From NCBI GenBank assembly GCA_031422435.1, contig JANPLU010000108.1, positions 1 through 58,065 of the forward strand: a DNA stretch of 58,065 nucleotides, written 5' to 3'. Position 1 is the stretch's first letter, and the number at the start of each line of letters is the position of its first letter. This DNA comes from Acaryochloridaceae cyanobacterium VAR_48_metabat_390. Lineage in GTDB: Bacteria > Cyanobacteriota > Cyanobacteriia > Thermosynechococcales > Thermosynechococcaceae. A model generated the notes under the pieces. The model saw only the letters and a program-made list of their open reading frames with translations, was not told the DNA's origin and ran no database searches. Below, piece after piece: positions 21,587 through 32,958 of this stretch. Made by a program: the position numbers and the translations under genes.

Positions 21587-21859
21587 CCTCATCAAGCCGA
21601 GATGAAATCCATTAGGGCTACATGTCTTTGTTTCAGGATCTAATCGTTATAATGACTTAAAACTTTGCCGAAAGAAGCCTAACGCAACCGTTAGTGCCGA
21701 TTCGGCAGATTGCCTCATCTGAGCTTGAGGGCATTTTGGAATGTTTGACCAGCGCTTTATTTTTTATAGAAAATGCTGAACGAATAAGACTGAAGATATA
21801 AATTCGCCGTCTACTGTAAATGTCTAAGTCTTAAATTTCTAAGGTCTGGTCGGAGCAAA

Positions 21860-24800
21860 ATGCATAAAGAACCTATTGCTGTTATTGGAATTGGCTGCCG
21901 TTTACCAGGAGCCAATAACCCACAGGAATTTTGGAAACTGCTGCACGACAATGTGGATGCCATTACAGAAGTGCCATCGTCCCGATGGGATTTGAATACT
22001 TTTTACGACCCCGACCCGACTCAGCCTCACAAAATGAGTACCCGCTGGGGTGGCTTTTTAGAAAATATTGATCAGTTTGACCCCACTTTTTTTGGCATTA
22101 CGCCCCGTGAAGCCAACACCATCGATCCGCAGCAGCGGCTGATTTTAGAAGTGGCTTGGGAAGCGCTTGAAGATGCAGGGCAGGTGCCATCACGCTTATC
22201 TGGGTCACAAACGGGCGTTTTTATGGGCATCTCTAGCCACGATTATTCTTCGTTAGTCACTACAAATGACCCTTACGCCCTCACAGGAAATGTTAACTGC
22301 ATTGCGGCAAACCGAATTTCTTACGTTCTGAATTTCAGGGGCCCTAGCTTAGCGATAGATACGGCCTGTTCCTCATCCTTAGTAGCGGTGCATTTAGCCT
22401 GTCAAAGCCTTTGGGATGGCGAGAGTACGCTGGCTTTAGCGGGTGGGGTACAGGTCATTTTATCGGCAGATGTCGCTGTGAGCTTTAGCAAGGCGGGGTT
22501 GATGGCACCAGATGGTCGCTGCAAAACCTTTGACGCGAAGGCCAATGGCTATGTCCGTAGCGAAGGGGCGGGGGTTGTGCTGCTCAAGCCGCTTTCTCAG
22601 GCCCAAAAAGATGGCGACCCTATTTACTCGGTCATTTTAGGCACTGCGGTGAATCAAGACGGACGCAGTAATGGCTTATCTGCACCCAATCCAGAGGCGC
22701 AAGAGGCAGTTGTGCGCGAGGCGTATCAACGCGCTGGGGTATCGCCAGGACAGGTGCAGTATGTAGAGACTCACGGTACCGGAACAAAACTGGGCGACCC
22801 GATGGAGCTGAAAGCGCTGGGTGCAGTTTTAAAGGAGGGACGCGCTGAGGGCGATCGCTGCGTAGTTGGCTCAGTTAAGGCAAATCTGGGGCATTCCGAA
22901 ACGGCAGCAGGCATTACGGGGTTTATTAAAGTTGCGTTGGCGCTTAAGCATCAGCAGATTCCGGCAAGTCTGCACTTTCAAGAGCCGAACCCCTATATTG
23001 ATTTTGATGCCCTACAGCTCAAGGTTCAGCAAACTCTGGAACCTTGGCCCTATCGAGAGGGAGCTGCCGTTGCGGGGATCAACTCCTTTGGGTTTGGGGG
23101 CACCAATGCCCATGTAGTGCTTCAGGAAGCGCCGCCAAAGCTTCCTAAGCTTGATTTCTCTAAATTTCAAAGACCTTGGCATCTGCTGACGCTCTCGGCA
23201 AAAAGTGAGGCGGCTTTACGCGCGTTGAGTGGGCGGTACCAAACGCTGCTAGCGCAAAACCCGATGCTGTCTTTGGCGGATGTTTGCTATAGCGCGAATG
23301 GGGGGCGATCGCAGTTCAAACATCGACTAACCGCCATTGGCTCTTCGAGTGCCGAGGTGCGAACGCAGCTTGCGGCATTTGCGGCAGGAGAGACAGATAT
23401 CACAGGTGTTTTAGAAGGACAGGTGACGGGCAAAAAAGCGCCTCGAATCGCCTTTTTATTTACAGGCCAAGGTTCGCAGTATGTCGGCATGGGTAGGGCG
23501 CTGTATGAATCTCAGCCCACCTTTCGGAAAGTATTAGATCGCTGTGATGAGATTTTGCGGCCTGAGCTAAAGGTGTCGCTACTGTCGGTTCTGTACCCCG
23601 AAACGGAAGGGCAAAGCCCCATTGACGAAACGGCCTATACGCAGCCTGCCCTGTTTGCCCTAGAGTATGCCCTCGCCCAGCTTTGGATGTCGTGGGGCAT
23701 TACCCCTGCTGTAGTGATGGGGCACAGCGTTGGGGAATATGTGGCGGCCTGTATTGCAGGCGTATTTAGCCTAGAGGATGGCCTAAGGCTGATTGCGGCA
23801 CGGGGTCGTTTGATGCAGGCACTGCCCCAGAATGGCGCAATGGTGTCTGTGTTGGCGGATGAAGCCAAGGTTACAGCAGCGGTGCAGCGTTATGGGGATT
23901 CGGTGGCAATCGCCGCCATTAACGGCCCTCAAAGCATCGTTATCTCTGGGGCGCAGGTCGCCATTGCCGCCATTATGACGGAACTAGAGGCAGAGGGCAT
24001 CAAAACTAAGCCGCTCCAGGTTTCCCATGCCTTTCACTCGGCACTGATGGAGCCAATGCTGGCAGAATTTGCCCAAGTCGCTTCAGAAATTGCCTATGCT
24101 CGTCCGCGCATCAGCCTTATTTCTAATCTCACGGGCGACTTGATTGGCGCTGAAATTGCAACGCCAGAATACTGGTGCCTACATATTCGTCAGCCCGTCA
24201 AGTTTGCCGCCAGCATGGATACCCTTGCGCGCCAAGAGTATCGCGTGTTTCTAGAAATTGGACCAAAGCCGATTCTGCTGGGGATGGGACGTGCTTGTCT
24301 GGGCGATGAAGAGAATCTATGGCTCCCTAGCCTGCGACCTGGTCAACTCGACTGGCGGCAAATCCTCAACAGCTTGGGTTCGCTTTATCTGCATAATGTA
24401 GCCGTAGACTGGGCTGGCTTTGAGCAAGACTACGTTCGCCAATGGGTGAATTTGCCGACCTACCCTTTCCAGCGGCAGCGGTACTGGTGGTCTGAAGCAG
24501 AGCTGAAGGCGGGAGTCAAGAACGGCGCATCACTCCCTACAGGCACAGAACAAAAGACACTGCATCCGCTGCTGGGCTTTAAGCTGTCCTTGGCAGGGAC
24601 TTCAGAGCTACGGTATCAGTCTCAGCTCAGTGCGCGATCGCCCTCATACCTACAAGATCACTGCGTTTTACAGCAGCCCGTTTTACCCGCCGCCGCCTAT
24701 TTAGAAATGGCTGCTGCCGCCGCAATCCAGGTGTTTAACGAGAGTTCTTGGCAAATTGAGGCGGTGGTTATTGAGCAGCCGCTTTTACTCAATGCACAAG

Positions 24801-27800
24801 ACAGCGCTACGCTCCAACTCCAGCTCATCCCTGAAGGGCTATCGAACTATGGGTTCCAAATTTTTAGCCTGCCTCAGGACGCTGATTCTACGCGGCTCTC
24901 TTCCGTGCGCCATGCTACAGGTAAATTGGTATTTACGCCTCCGTCCGCCCTGCTTGAGAGTGCAGCGTTAGATCAGATCCAGGCCGATTGTGCTGAAGCA
25001 ATTGAGATTTCGACCTATTACCGCCAGCTCCAAGATCGAGGACTTTACTATGGCTCCAGTTTTCAGGGCGTACAGCAGCTCTGGAAAGGTGAAAATCAGA
25101 CTTTAGGACGGATTCAGCTTCCTAACGCGCAGCGCACAGAAGCAGAGAACTATACTCTTCATCCTGCGCTGCTAGATGCCTGTTTTCAGGTTTTGGGCGC
25201 GGCAGATTTAGGCAGCAAGGAAACGTTTTTGCCTGTGGCGCTCGGACGGCTACAGGTTTATAGCCGTGTGGCTCAAGATACCCTGTGGTGTCACGCTCGG
25301 CTGCAATCTTTTGATGCAAAACAGGTCTGTGCCGATCTGACCTTGTTTGACGCAGCGGGTGAGAAGGTGGCTGAGATTGAAGGGTTTACCCTTCGAGCCG
25401 TGGGTCGCCGAATGCTTCAGCGGTTGCTACAGCAGGAGGTCGATCGCAGTAAGTGGCTGTATGAGATCGCTTGGCAGTCTAAGCCCCACGTCGCTTTGCC
25501 TGTGGTGGAGGAACAACAGGAGGGGAAGACGCTTGGTGCAAAACCATCACCTAAAACCTGGCTCATTTTTTCAGAGACCCAAGGCGTGGGTGCTGCGTTA
25601 AGCCAGCAATTGCAGACACAGGGAGACTCCTGCATTTTAGTATCCGTAGCTCAGCACTTTGAGCGGGTTGATTCTCATACCTACCGCATAGATCCAGCCA
25701 ACCCTGAGCATTTTCAACAATTGCTACAGGGCATTGTCAGTGCCCAGCCGTCATTGTTTGGCGTGGTTCACCTGTGGAGTTTGGCTGAGCCATCCGAGCT
25801 TCCACTCTCTGGCGTAGATCTCACCGCAGCTCAAATTCAAGGCTGTGGCAGTGCGCTGTATTTGGTGCAGGCGTTAGACCAAGCCAGTTTTACCGAATCT
25901 CCGCGTCTATGGCTTGTCACTCAAGGCGCTCAGTCCGTTGGAGCCACCGCCGCGCCGCAGTTTCAGCAGTCTGCCCTTTGGGGCTTAGGCCGCACGATCG
26001 CCCTGGAGTATCCCGATCTGCAATGCGTTCGCCTAGATCTCGACCCAGACCACGATAATGTCTCCTGTCTCGTAGCGGATCTCCAGCTTCCAGACGGGGA
26101 AGACCAAATTGCCTATCGCCAAGGCGATCGCCATGTAGCGCGGCTCATCCGTCATGAACCTGAGCAAAGTGCCTTACTTCAGCGCCCTGACAGCAATGCC
26201 GCGTTCCAGCTCAAAATTTCTAGCTACGGCATTCTCGAAAATCTCATGCTGGCTCCCGTCAGCCGTCGATCGCCTGGGCACACAGAAGTAGAAATTCAGG
26301 TCGATGCCGCAGGACTTAACTTCCGCGATGTTTTGAATGCCCTAGGAATGCTTCAGGCTTATCTCGCACAAATGGGTCTATCCAATGCCGCTGATGTGCC
26401 CTTTGGTGGGGAATGTGCGGGTCGGGTTGTAGCAATGGGCGAAGGGGTTGAGGGGCTTCAGACTGGGGATGAGGTGATTGCCGCCAATGCGATTGGCAGT
26501 ATGGCGAACTTTGTGACTGTGCCAGCCCAGTGCGTCATCAGCAAGCCAGAACACCTGAGCATGACAGAAGCTGCAACTCTTTCCACGGCGTTTTTGACGG
26601 CTTACTACGGTCTACACCATTTGGCAAATATTAAAGAGGGCGATCGCGTCCTCATCCATGCCGCAGCGGGGGGCGTAGGCCAGGCAGCAGTGCAGTTGGC
26701 GCAACGGGCAGGCGCTCAGGTTTTTGCCACAGCAAGCCCTGCTAAGTGGGCCTTTTTGCACGATATGGGCGTTGAGCATACCTTCAACTCTCGCACCCTA
26801 GACTTTGCAGCAGAAATTTTGGCGCTCACCGAGGGGCAGGGCGTTGATATTGTCCTCAATAGCCTCAATGGGGACTTTATCTCTAAAAATTTAGAGGTTC
26901 TAGCCCCTAAGGGTCGATTCATTGAAATTGGCAAACTGGGCATTTGGGAGGAATCCGAAATCCACGCTCAGCGCGCAGACGTTTCTTATTTCCCCTTTGA
27001 CTTATTAGAGGTATCGCTCCAAAATCCGACTTTGTTTACATCGATGCTGCGAGACTTGATGCAGATGTTTGAGCTGCGTCAGCTTCAGCCATTGCCCCAT
27101 CAAGTTTTCCCCATTGAAGAAGCCGTCAGCGCCTTCCGACACATGGCGCAGGCCAAACACAAAGGCAAAGTGGTGCTTTCTGTGGCAGACAGCTCTGCAA
27201 ATGCTGCTGAGATTGTTCGTGCAGACGGCACCTACCTCGTAACGGGCGGGATGGGAGCTTTAGGGCTTCAGGTTGCCCATTGGTTAGCCGACCAAGGCGC
27301 GAAAACCCTCGTTTTAACAGGTCGAAGCTCCCCTTCTGAGGCAGCGCAGCAAGACATTCAGCGGCTTGAGCAAAAGGGCGCTCAAGTCTGCCTAATCCAG
27401 GCTGATATTGCCCAACCCTCTGATGTACAGGAGATGTTTGCAACCATTGGGCAGTCTCTGCCGCCACTGCGGGGCATCATCCACGGGGCTGGAATTTTGG
27501 ATGACGGCGTGCTTCAGGGACAAACTTGGGCGCGTTTTGCCAAGGTGATGGCACCCAAGGTGGCAGGAGCTTGGAATTTACATACCCAAAGTCTAGACCT
27601 TCCCCTCGACTTTTTTGTCTGTTTTTCGTCAGTTGCGGCATTGTTAGGTTCCCCTGGGCAGGGCAACTATGCGGCAGCGAATGCCTTTATGGATGGGTTA
27701 GCCCACTACCGCAGAAGCCTCGGGAAACCAGCCCTAAGCCTCAACTGGGGACCTTGGGGTGGCGTGGGCATGGCGGCAGAACTGGGAGATCGCAACATAG

Positions 27801-29827
27801 CACGTCTAGCCCTCAGCGGCATCACGCCTCTAGACCCAGAGCTAGCCTTAGAAACAATGGGCGAACTTCTGACCCAGAATGCCTCCCAGAAATCGTCTCA
27901 GATTGGCGTAGTGCAGATTGAATGGTCTAAATTCCTGGAGCAGTTGTCTAACGGGGTAGTTCCGCCCTTTTTGGAGCAGGTCGCAGCCGTCGCTGAAGCT
28001 GGAACCCAGGCTTATTCGGCTTTTCGGCTCCAGCTTGAGGCTGCACCCCCTGAAGAGCGGCGGGGTTTGTTAACGCAGCATGTGCAAACTCAAATCGCCA
28101 AGGTCATGGGAATCAGTTCCCCTGAAGAGATTGAGCTAGACCGAAGCTTTACGGACTTGGGGATGGATTCTCTCATGGGCATGGAAATGAAGAGTCGGCT
28201 TCAGGCCAGCCTGAACTGCTCTTTCCCCATTACGCTGGCGATGGACTACCCCACGGTCGGTTCTCTCATTAACTACATTGAGCAAGAGGTGCTATCGGCT
28301 GGTTCACCTCCCGTCAACGCTGGTTCAGCGCAGTCTACTTCTGCCCCTCAAGCGTTAGCGGCACCCTCTGCGGTGGAGTCTAGCGCTGCGGCTCAAATGC
28401 TAAACCCGACGGAAGCGTCTCTTAAAGCATCGGGGAATGGTCATCAGCCCTCAATCGCTGGCGCAAATAGATCGGCACAAACCCAAGCGATTCCACCGGA
28501 GTTTTATCAGTTTGAACTGTCGCCAGAGTATCTAAACCTCAAGGAATATCTAGAGCAGGGCAAGAAAATTGGGAATCCCTTTTTTACGGTGCATGACGGC
28601 ATTGCAAAAGACACCACGTCCATTGAAGGACAAGATGTTGTTAATTTCTCCAGCTATAACTACTTAGGGCTGTCAGGCGATCCAGCGGTTTCTGAAGCCT
28701 CAAAAGCTGCCATTGATCGCTATGGCACTTCGGTTTCAGCCAGCCGAGTGGTGTCAGGGGAGCGCTCCATTCACCAAGATTTAGAACGGGCGATCGCCGA
28801 TTTCCTCGGCACCGAAGACTGCATTGTCTACATTGGCGGACACACCACCAACGTCAGCACCATTGGGCATCTGTTCGGTAAAAATGACCTGATTGTGTGT
28901 GACGCCCTTAGCCACAACAGCGTTCAGATTGGCTGTAAGCTTTCGGGTGCAACCACCATTTCATTTGTGCATAATGACATGCGATCGCTAGAGAGCATCC
29001 TTCAGTCGCATCGCCATGAATTTGAAAAGGTACTGATTGCTGTTGAGGGCGTCTACAGCGCCGACGGCGATTTAGCGCCACTGCCAGAGATTATTGAACT
29101 CAAGAAACGCTTTAAGACCTTTTTACTGGTTGATGAAGCCCATTCAATTGGGGCAGTGGGGCATGAGGGGCGTGGCGTGGGAGAACACTTTGGGGTTGCC
29201 CGTACCGATGTTGACTTGTGGATGGGCACCTTAAGCAAATCCTTTGCAAGCTGCGGGGGCTACATTGGAGCCTCCACCGTAATGGTGGAGTACCTCAAAT
29301 ACACCTCCCCTGGATTTGTCTACAGCGTGGGGATGACTCCCTCCAATGCAGCATCCGCGTTAGTGGCGCTTCAAAGGCTCCAAGCAGAGCCGGATCGGGT
29401 CACGCGACTGCAAGAGCGCACCTTACTGTTTTTGTCTTTGGCAAAAGAACAGGGGTTCGATACGGGCACCAGTCACGACTCGCCTGTGGTGCCCATTATT
29501 ATTGGCGACCCCTATAAAGCAGTGCAGCTTTCTCAGGCGATGCTGCTGCGCGGCGTTAATGCTCAGCCGATGATTTATCCTTCTGTACCCTATGACGCGG
29601 CGCGTCTGCGGTTCTTTTTGAGCTGTGACCACACCGAGGCGCAAATTCGACAGACCATCACAATTCTGGCGGAGGAAATTGCAAAGATGGAGGGCATCAC
29701 AAAGAATAGCAACGACTGGCTGCATTATCTAATGCGATCGCAGTTTGTAGCGGATAAGGCCGCAGATCGACCTGAGCAGTCATCGCCAAAATCTTCGAGA
29801 GATTCTACTCTCCGTGAAGCGGGATAG
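21860..29827 (+). CDS. Type I PKS, KS-AT-DH-ER-KR-ACP fused to a PLP-dependent alpha-oxoamine synthase (BioF/SPT family)
   Basis: KS DTACSSS/HGTGT/NLGHSE; AT GHSVG + HAFHS (malonyl); [93 protein letters not shown]. Confidence 0.93.
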   Translation: MHKEPIAVIGIGCRLPGANNPQEFWKLLHDNVDAITEVPSSRWDLNTFYDPDPTQPHKMSTRWGGFLENIDQFDPTFFGITPREANTIDPQQRLILEVAWEALEDAGQVPSRLSGSQTGVFMGISSHDYSSLVTTNDPYALTGNVNCIAANRISYVLNFRGPSLAIDTACSSSLVAVHLACQSLWDGESTLALAGGVQVILSADVAVSFSKAGLMAPDGRCKTFDAKANGYVRSEGAGVVLLKPLSQAQKDGDPIYSVILGTAVNQDGRSNGLSAPNPEAQEAVVREAYQRAGVSPGQVQYVETHGTGTKLGDPMELKALGAVLKEGRAEGDRCVVGSVKANLGHSETAAGITGFIKVALALKHQQIPASLHFQEPNPYIDFDALQLKVQQTLEPWPYREGAAVAGINSFGFGGTNAHVVLQEAPPKLPKLDFSKFQRPWHLLTLSAKSEAALRALSGRYQTLLAQNPMLSLADVCYSANGGRSQFKHRLTAIGSSSAEVRTQLAAFAAGETDITGVLEGQVTGKKAPRIAFLFTGQGSQYVGMGRALYESQPTFRKVLDRCDEILRPELKVSLLSVLYPETEGQSPIDETAYTQPALFALEYALAQLWMSWGITPAVVMGHSVGEYVAACIAGVFSLEDGLRLIAARGRLMQALPQNGAMVSVLADEAKVTAAVQRYGDSVAIAAINGPQSIVISGAQVAIAAIMTELEAEGIKTKPLQVSHAFHSALMEPMLAEFAQVASEIAYARPRISLISNLTGDLIGAEIATPEYWCLHIRQPVKFAASMDTLARQEYRVFLEIGPKPILLGMGRACLGDEENLWLPSLRPGQLDWRQILNSLGSLYLHNVAVDWAGFEQDYVRQWVNLPTYPFQRQRYWWSEAELKAGVKNGASLPTGTEQKTLHPLLGFKLSLAGTSELRYQSQLSARSPSYLQDHCVLQQPVLPAAAYLEMAAAAAIQVFNESSWQIEAVVIEQPLLLNAQDSATLQLQLIPEGLSNYGFQIFSLPQDADSTRLSSVRHATGKLVFTPPSALLESAALDQIQADCAEAIEISTYYRQLQDRGLYYGSSFQGVQQLWKGENQTLGRIQLPNAQRTEAENYTLHPALLDACFQVLGAADLGSKETFLPVALGRLQVYSRVAQDTLWCHARLQSFDAKQVCADLTLFDAAGEKVAEIEGFTLRAVGRRMLQRLLQQEVDRSKWLYEIAWQSKPHVALPVVEEQQEGKTLGAKPSPKTWLIFSETQGVGAALSQQLQTQGDSCILVSVAQHFERVDSHTYRIDPANPEHFQQLLQGIVSAQPSLFGVVHLWSLAEPSELPLSGVDLTAAQIQGCGSALYLVQALDQASFTESPRLWLVTQGAQSVGATAAPQFQQSALWGLGRTIALEYPDLQCVRLDLDPDHDNVSCLVADLQLPDGEDQIAYRQGDRHVARLIRHEPEQSALLQRPDSNAAFQLKISSYGILENLMLAPVSRRSPGHTEVEIQVDAAGLNFRDVLNALGMLQAYLAQMGLSNAADVPFGGECAGRVVAMGEGVEGLQTGDEVIAANAIGSMANFVTVPAQCVISKPEHLSMTEAATLSTAFLTAYYGLHHLANIKEGDRVLIHAAAGGVGQAAVQLAQRAGAQVFATASPAKWAFLHDMGVEHTFNSRTLDFAAEILALTEGQGVDIVLNSLNGDFISKNLEVLAPKGRFIEIGKLGIWEESEIHAQRADVSYFPFDLLEVSLQNPTLFTSMLRDLMQMFELRQLQPLPHQVFPIEEAVSAFRHMAQAKHKGKVVLSVADSSANAAEIVRADGTYLVTGGMGALGLQVAHWLADQGAKTLVLTGRSSPSEAAQQDIQRLEQKGAQVCLIQADIAQPSDVQEMFATIGQSLPPLRGIIHGAGILDDGVLQGQTWARFAKVMAPKVAGAWNLHTQSLDLPLDFFVCFSSVAALLGSPGQGNYAAANAFMDGLAHYRRSLGKPALSLNWGPWGGVGMAAELGDRNIARLALSGITPLDPELALETMGELLTQNASQKSSQIGVVQIEWSKFLEQLSNGVVPPFLEQVAAVAEAGTQAYSAFRLQLEAAPPEERRGLLTQHVQTQIAKVMGISSPEEIELDRSFTDLGMDSLMGMEMKSRLQASLNCSFPITLAMDYPTVGSLINYIEQEVLSAGSPPVNAGSAQSTSAPQALAAPSAVESSAAAQMLNPTEASLKASGNGHQPSIAGANRSAQTQAIPPEFYQFELSPEYLNLKEYLEQGKKIGNPFFTVHDGIAKDTTSIEGQDVVNFSSYNYLGLSGDPAVSEASKAAIDRYGTSVSASRVVSGERSIHQDLERAIADFLGTEDCIVYIGGHTTNVSTIGHLFGKNDLIVCDALSHNSVQIGCKLSGATTISFVHNDMRSLESILQSHRHEFEKVLIAVEGVYSADGDLAPLPEIIELKKRFKTFLLVDEAHSIGAVGHEGRGVGEHFGVARTDVDLWMGTLSKSFASCGGYIGASTVMVEYLKYTSPGFVYSVGMTPSNAASALVALQRLQAEPDRVTRLQERTLLFLSLAKEQGFDTGTSHDSPVVPIIIGDPYKAVQLSQAMLLRGVNAQPMIYPSVPYDAARLRFFLSCDHTEAQIRQTITILAEEIAKMEGITKNSNDWLHYLMRSQFVADKAADRPEQSSPKSSRDSTLREAG

Positions 29828-29892
29828 GAAGGGTGGGGGTGATTTCACTTCACTCCCACGGTCAGTATCGAAGGTTTACCGAATCTACAAAA

Positions 29893-31128
29893 TTAGCGAC
29901 CCAACTTATTAGGGATATTGCCACAGCCCCCCGCAATAGTACCTCGGGTTTTAGAGCCGCCCCAAGCGCAGCAGTAGTAATGTTGCTCTTGCGAGAGGTT
30001 TTTGACCTGGCTCAAGTCTGCACCTTCAATCACGGCTCCTGTATAGGCTCCAGTGCTGTAGTTTGGCGCGTTAATGCGATCACGGGGGCTGGCAGTCTCC
30101 GCATCTCCATGAAACAAACAGGCGCGAGACAAATCGGCCTGTTTGAGGTTAGCCCCCAACAGCAGCGCCCGTGAGAGGTTCGCGCGGGTGAGGTCGCAGG
30201 CCGCCAAGCTAATGTTGGTTAGGTTTGCTTCGCTCAGTTCTGTAGAGCGTAGATCGCTATTGGACAGATCTGCCCCTGCCAACATATTGGTGAGGTCAAT
30301 GACTCTTACCCCGTATTCAATATCTTCTTCATAGCCCCCCAACCCATCAAAAATAGGGCGACCCAAACGGCGATCGCGTTTTAAAGGCGTGAGCAACTTC
30401 GCACTTGACAAAAACCGGATCACCTTGGCCTTCCCCTCGCCATCTAACCCCGTCAAAATCGCCGCCGTGCGCCCTTCGGCGATCGCCCGTTCGGGAGGCC
30501 AGTCTTCTAAAAGACCTTCTTCATCTAGCACTAGGTCAGAAATACCTTGAAAATAAGCGTCAATAGTCTGCTGCTGAGTGATGCGATTTTGTTGACTGGT
30601 CAGGTCTTTAGAAATAACGTACTGTCGCCACGCCACATAGAGCGCCAAAAAAGCGACCGAGATTTGTCCAATCGCCCCAAAAACTTCGCCAAGCGCACTC
30701 AGTGCCTCCCAGTTAATGCCGCGATTGCCGGGGGCAAGCTGATCGGTTGCCCCACTAAACCGAAGCAGCCCAATGATGCTAAATAGCGTAATTGCCCCCG
30801 CCGCAATAATCATTTGCAGGGGACGGGGAATCCATTCATTAACGGCGGCGACCAGGACAGGCCAAAGCACGCGAATGGCCAAGGCGATCGCCACCAAAGC
30901 CGCCGGAATGCCGAGCCAAGGCAAATGGAGAAATAGCGCAACACCCAGTACGGCTGTGGCTGCGGCTGCAATTGCTAGTAGTGACCATACTTCAGGGCCT
31001 GAGCCGTTGAGAGAAGTCAACGTTTTAGAGCGATACAAGGGCGCTAGGACTAAGGAAGCGTCTTCCTTAAGACCGGAGCTAAATTCATTTTCTGGGTTAG
31101 AAGAATTGGGCGGAGGCGGATTATTCAT
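29893..31128 (-). CDS. Membrane-anchored pentapeptide-repeat protein
   Basis: N-terminal TM helices; A(D/N)Lxx repeats (ADLSNSDLRSTELSEANLTNISLAACDLTRANLSRA). Confidence 0.88.
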   Translation of the reverse strand: MNNPPPPNSSNPENEFSSGLKEDASLVLAPLYRSKTLTSLNGSGPEVWSLLAIAAAATAVLGVALFLHLPWLGIPAALVAIALAIRVLWPVLVAAVNEWIPRPLQMIIAAGAITLFSIIGLLRFSGATDQLAPGNRGINWEALSALGEVFGAIGQISVAFLALYVAWRQYVISKDLTSQQNRITQQQTIDAYFQGISDLVLDEEGLLEDWPPERAIAEGRTAAILTGLDGEGKAKVIRFLSSAKLLTPLKRDRRLGRPIFDGLGGYEEDIEYGVRVIDLTNMLAGADLSNSDLRSTELSEANLTNISLAACDLTRANLSRALLLGANLKQADLSRACLFHGDAETASPRDRINAPNYSTGAYTGAVIEGADLSQVKNLSQEQHYYCCAWGGSKTRGTIAGGCGNIPNKLGR

Positions 31129-31161
31129 CCAGGTTTTTATAGACGAAAAACTACAGGTATA

Positions 31162-31509
31162 TTACTCTGAGCGGTCAAATATAGCATTCAGCAATCCAGA
31201 AATAACTGACAGCACCAAAGATCCAATCAGCGCAGGGATAAACCCATCAATTGTAAATCCAGGAGTCAAACCGCTGGCAATCCAGATGGTAATTGCGTTG
31301 AGAACAAAGGTAAATAGCCCAAGGGTCAAAATCGTAATCGGCAGCGTCAACCAAAATAGGATAGGTCGCACGATCGCATTGACTAGCCCAACGATTACCG
31401 CTGCGATCGCCGCCGCTTCCACCCCTCTCAGATCAAACCCTGGGATAAAGTGAGCCGTAATCAGCAGCGAAATCGCCGTAATCAGCCAAGTGATTAAAAA
31501 TTGAGGCAT
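31162..31509 (-). CDS. YvlD/phage-holin-4-family 4-TM membrane protein
   Basis: GLVNAIVRPIL..LTLPITILTLGLFTFVLNA signature; probable ATG at 31509. Confidence 0.85.
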   Translation of the reverse strand: MPQFLITWLITAISLLITAHFIPGFDLRGVEAAAIAAVIVGLVNAIVRPILFWLTLPITILTLGLFTFVLNAITIWIASGLTPGFTIDGFIPALIGSLVLSVISGLLNAIFDRSE

Positions 31510-31590
31510 AGAACCGTCTCCCAACACATAAAAACGATGGCACTATCAACGCTACCGAGGCCAAATCCATACTAGGGTTAAAGGAAACGG

Positions 31591-32958
31591 GTGCTGATTC
31601 AATCGTCACCACTTGTAAAGATTCGGAGTAACGTTCCCTTGTCTCCTGAAGCGATCGCTCAATCTCTTGCCGCTATTTTGCCCTCAGACCAAACCGCTTT
31701 CTATGATAGCTGGACTCCAGCGTGGCAGACTGCCCTTTCTCATACCTATGTCGGGGACGCATCTTCACTCCCTTTGGTTTCTCCCGAAACGGTCAAAGAT
31801 CTGTCGGCGGTGATGACCTTGGCCTATCAATCTCAGTGGCGATCGCTCATCGCAGGTAAAGGCACAAAGTTAGGCTGGGGCATCCCTGCCCAAAAAATTG
31901 ATTTACTGGTTAGTACCCATAAGTTAAATGACCTCGTAGACCACGCCGTCGGCGATATGACCGTCACCGCCCAGGCAGGGATGACTTTTGCCGCACTGCA
32001 AACTCTCCTGGCAAAACACAACCAGTGGATTCCGCTCGATCCGGTTTACCCTGCTCAGGCTACCTTAGGCGGCATTTTAGCAACCAGAGATGCTGGATCT
32101 TTGCGTCATCGCTATGGCGGAGTGCGGGATTTGTGTTTAGGGCTATCTTTTGTTCGTTCCGACGGTCAAATTGCTAAAGCAGGCGGACGCGTGGTTAAAA
32201 ACGTGGCGGGCTATGACCTGATGAAGCTCTTTTCTGGCTCCTTTGGCACCTTGGGTATTGTCACTGAGATGACGTTACGAGCTTACCCCCTGCCAGAACG
32301 CTCCGGCACGGTATTGGTGAGGGGTGGGGTGGAGGCGATCGCCACACTTACCCAAGATCTCATGCAGTCTACCCTTACCCCCACTGCTTTCGATATCTGG
32401 ACAGGGTTAGATGCAGCATCAGCAGACCTTACCTTAGCGCTGCGGTTTCAAAGTTTGAAAGAAAGCGTTTTGGCACAAACTGAGCGAGTTTACAAAATGG
32501 CTGAGGTAGAGTCGCTCAAAGCCGAGGTAGTTTCGGATAGTGATAATACGTGGTGGGCTACCGCCGCTGCTACTCTTCGTGAATCGACCGAACCCGATAC
32601 CGTGCTGTGTCAGGTTGGTATTGTGCCAGCATTAGCGACAGCGAGCCTCGCTAAAATGCAGCAGAAAGCAGAGCAAACTGGCGTAAAGCTTCAGGCACGA
32701 ATTCATGCAGGTAGCGGTGTAGGGCAATTGCGGCTGACGGGCACAGAAATAGACTGTCGAAGGTTGTTGGGCGAGTTACGGTCTTTCCTTTCGCAGTCAG
32801 AAGGCTATTTATTTTTATTAGAAGCACCCTTTACGATCAAAAAAGCCATTGATGTTTGGGGCTATTCTGGCAATGCCTTAGCCGCCATGCGTAAACTAAA
32901 AGAGCGCTTTGATCCCCAAGGGGGACTTAATCCTGGTCGTTTTGTGGGTGGACTTTGA
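31591..32958 (+). CDS. glcE: Glycolate oxidase FAD-binding subunit (GlcE-like)
   Basis: ATLGG, GGRVVKNVAGYDLMKLFSGSFGTLG, C-terminal FDPQGGLNPGRF; overlaps glcF by 4 nt; start uncertain. Confidence 0.85.
   Translation: MLIQSSPLVKIRSNVPLSPEAIAQSLAAILPSDQTAFYDSWTPAWQTALSHTYVGDASSLPLVSPETVKDLSAVMTLAYQSQWRSLIAGKGTKLGWGIPAQKIDLLVSTHKLNDLVDHAVGDMTVTAQAGMTFAALQTLLAKHNQWIPLDPVYPAQATLGGILATRDAGSLRHRYGGVRDLCLGLSFVRSDGQIAKAGGRVVKNVAGYDLMKLFSGSFGTLGIVTEMTLRAYPLPERSGTVLVRGGVEAIATLTQDLMQSTLTPTAFDIWTGLDAASADLTLALRFQSLKESVLAQTERVYKMAEVESLKAEVVSDSDNTWWATAAATLRESTEPDTVLCQVGIVPALATASLAKMQQKAEQTGVKLQARIHAGSGVGQLRLTGTEIDCRRLLGELRSFLSQSEGYLFLLEAPFTIKKAIDVWGYSGNALAAMRKLKERFDPQGGLNPGRFVGGL

Noticed and set aside
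19478..29827. Olefin synthase (Ols) or heterocyst-glycolipid/PUFA synthase
   Set aside because: No sulfotransferase-TE, tandem ACPs or chain-length factor; DH-ER and a terminal AOS are present instead
30773..31453. 226-aa + strand ORF
   Set aside because: Antisense shadow of two well-supported minus-strand genes (pentapeptide protein and YvlD-like protein); no recognisable motifs
31162..31509. 'Phage holin' family gene as evidence of a prophage
   Set aside because: YvlD-like genes are ordinary chromosomal genes, and no endolysin, integrase or structural genes are nearby
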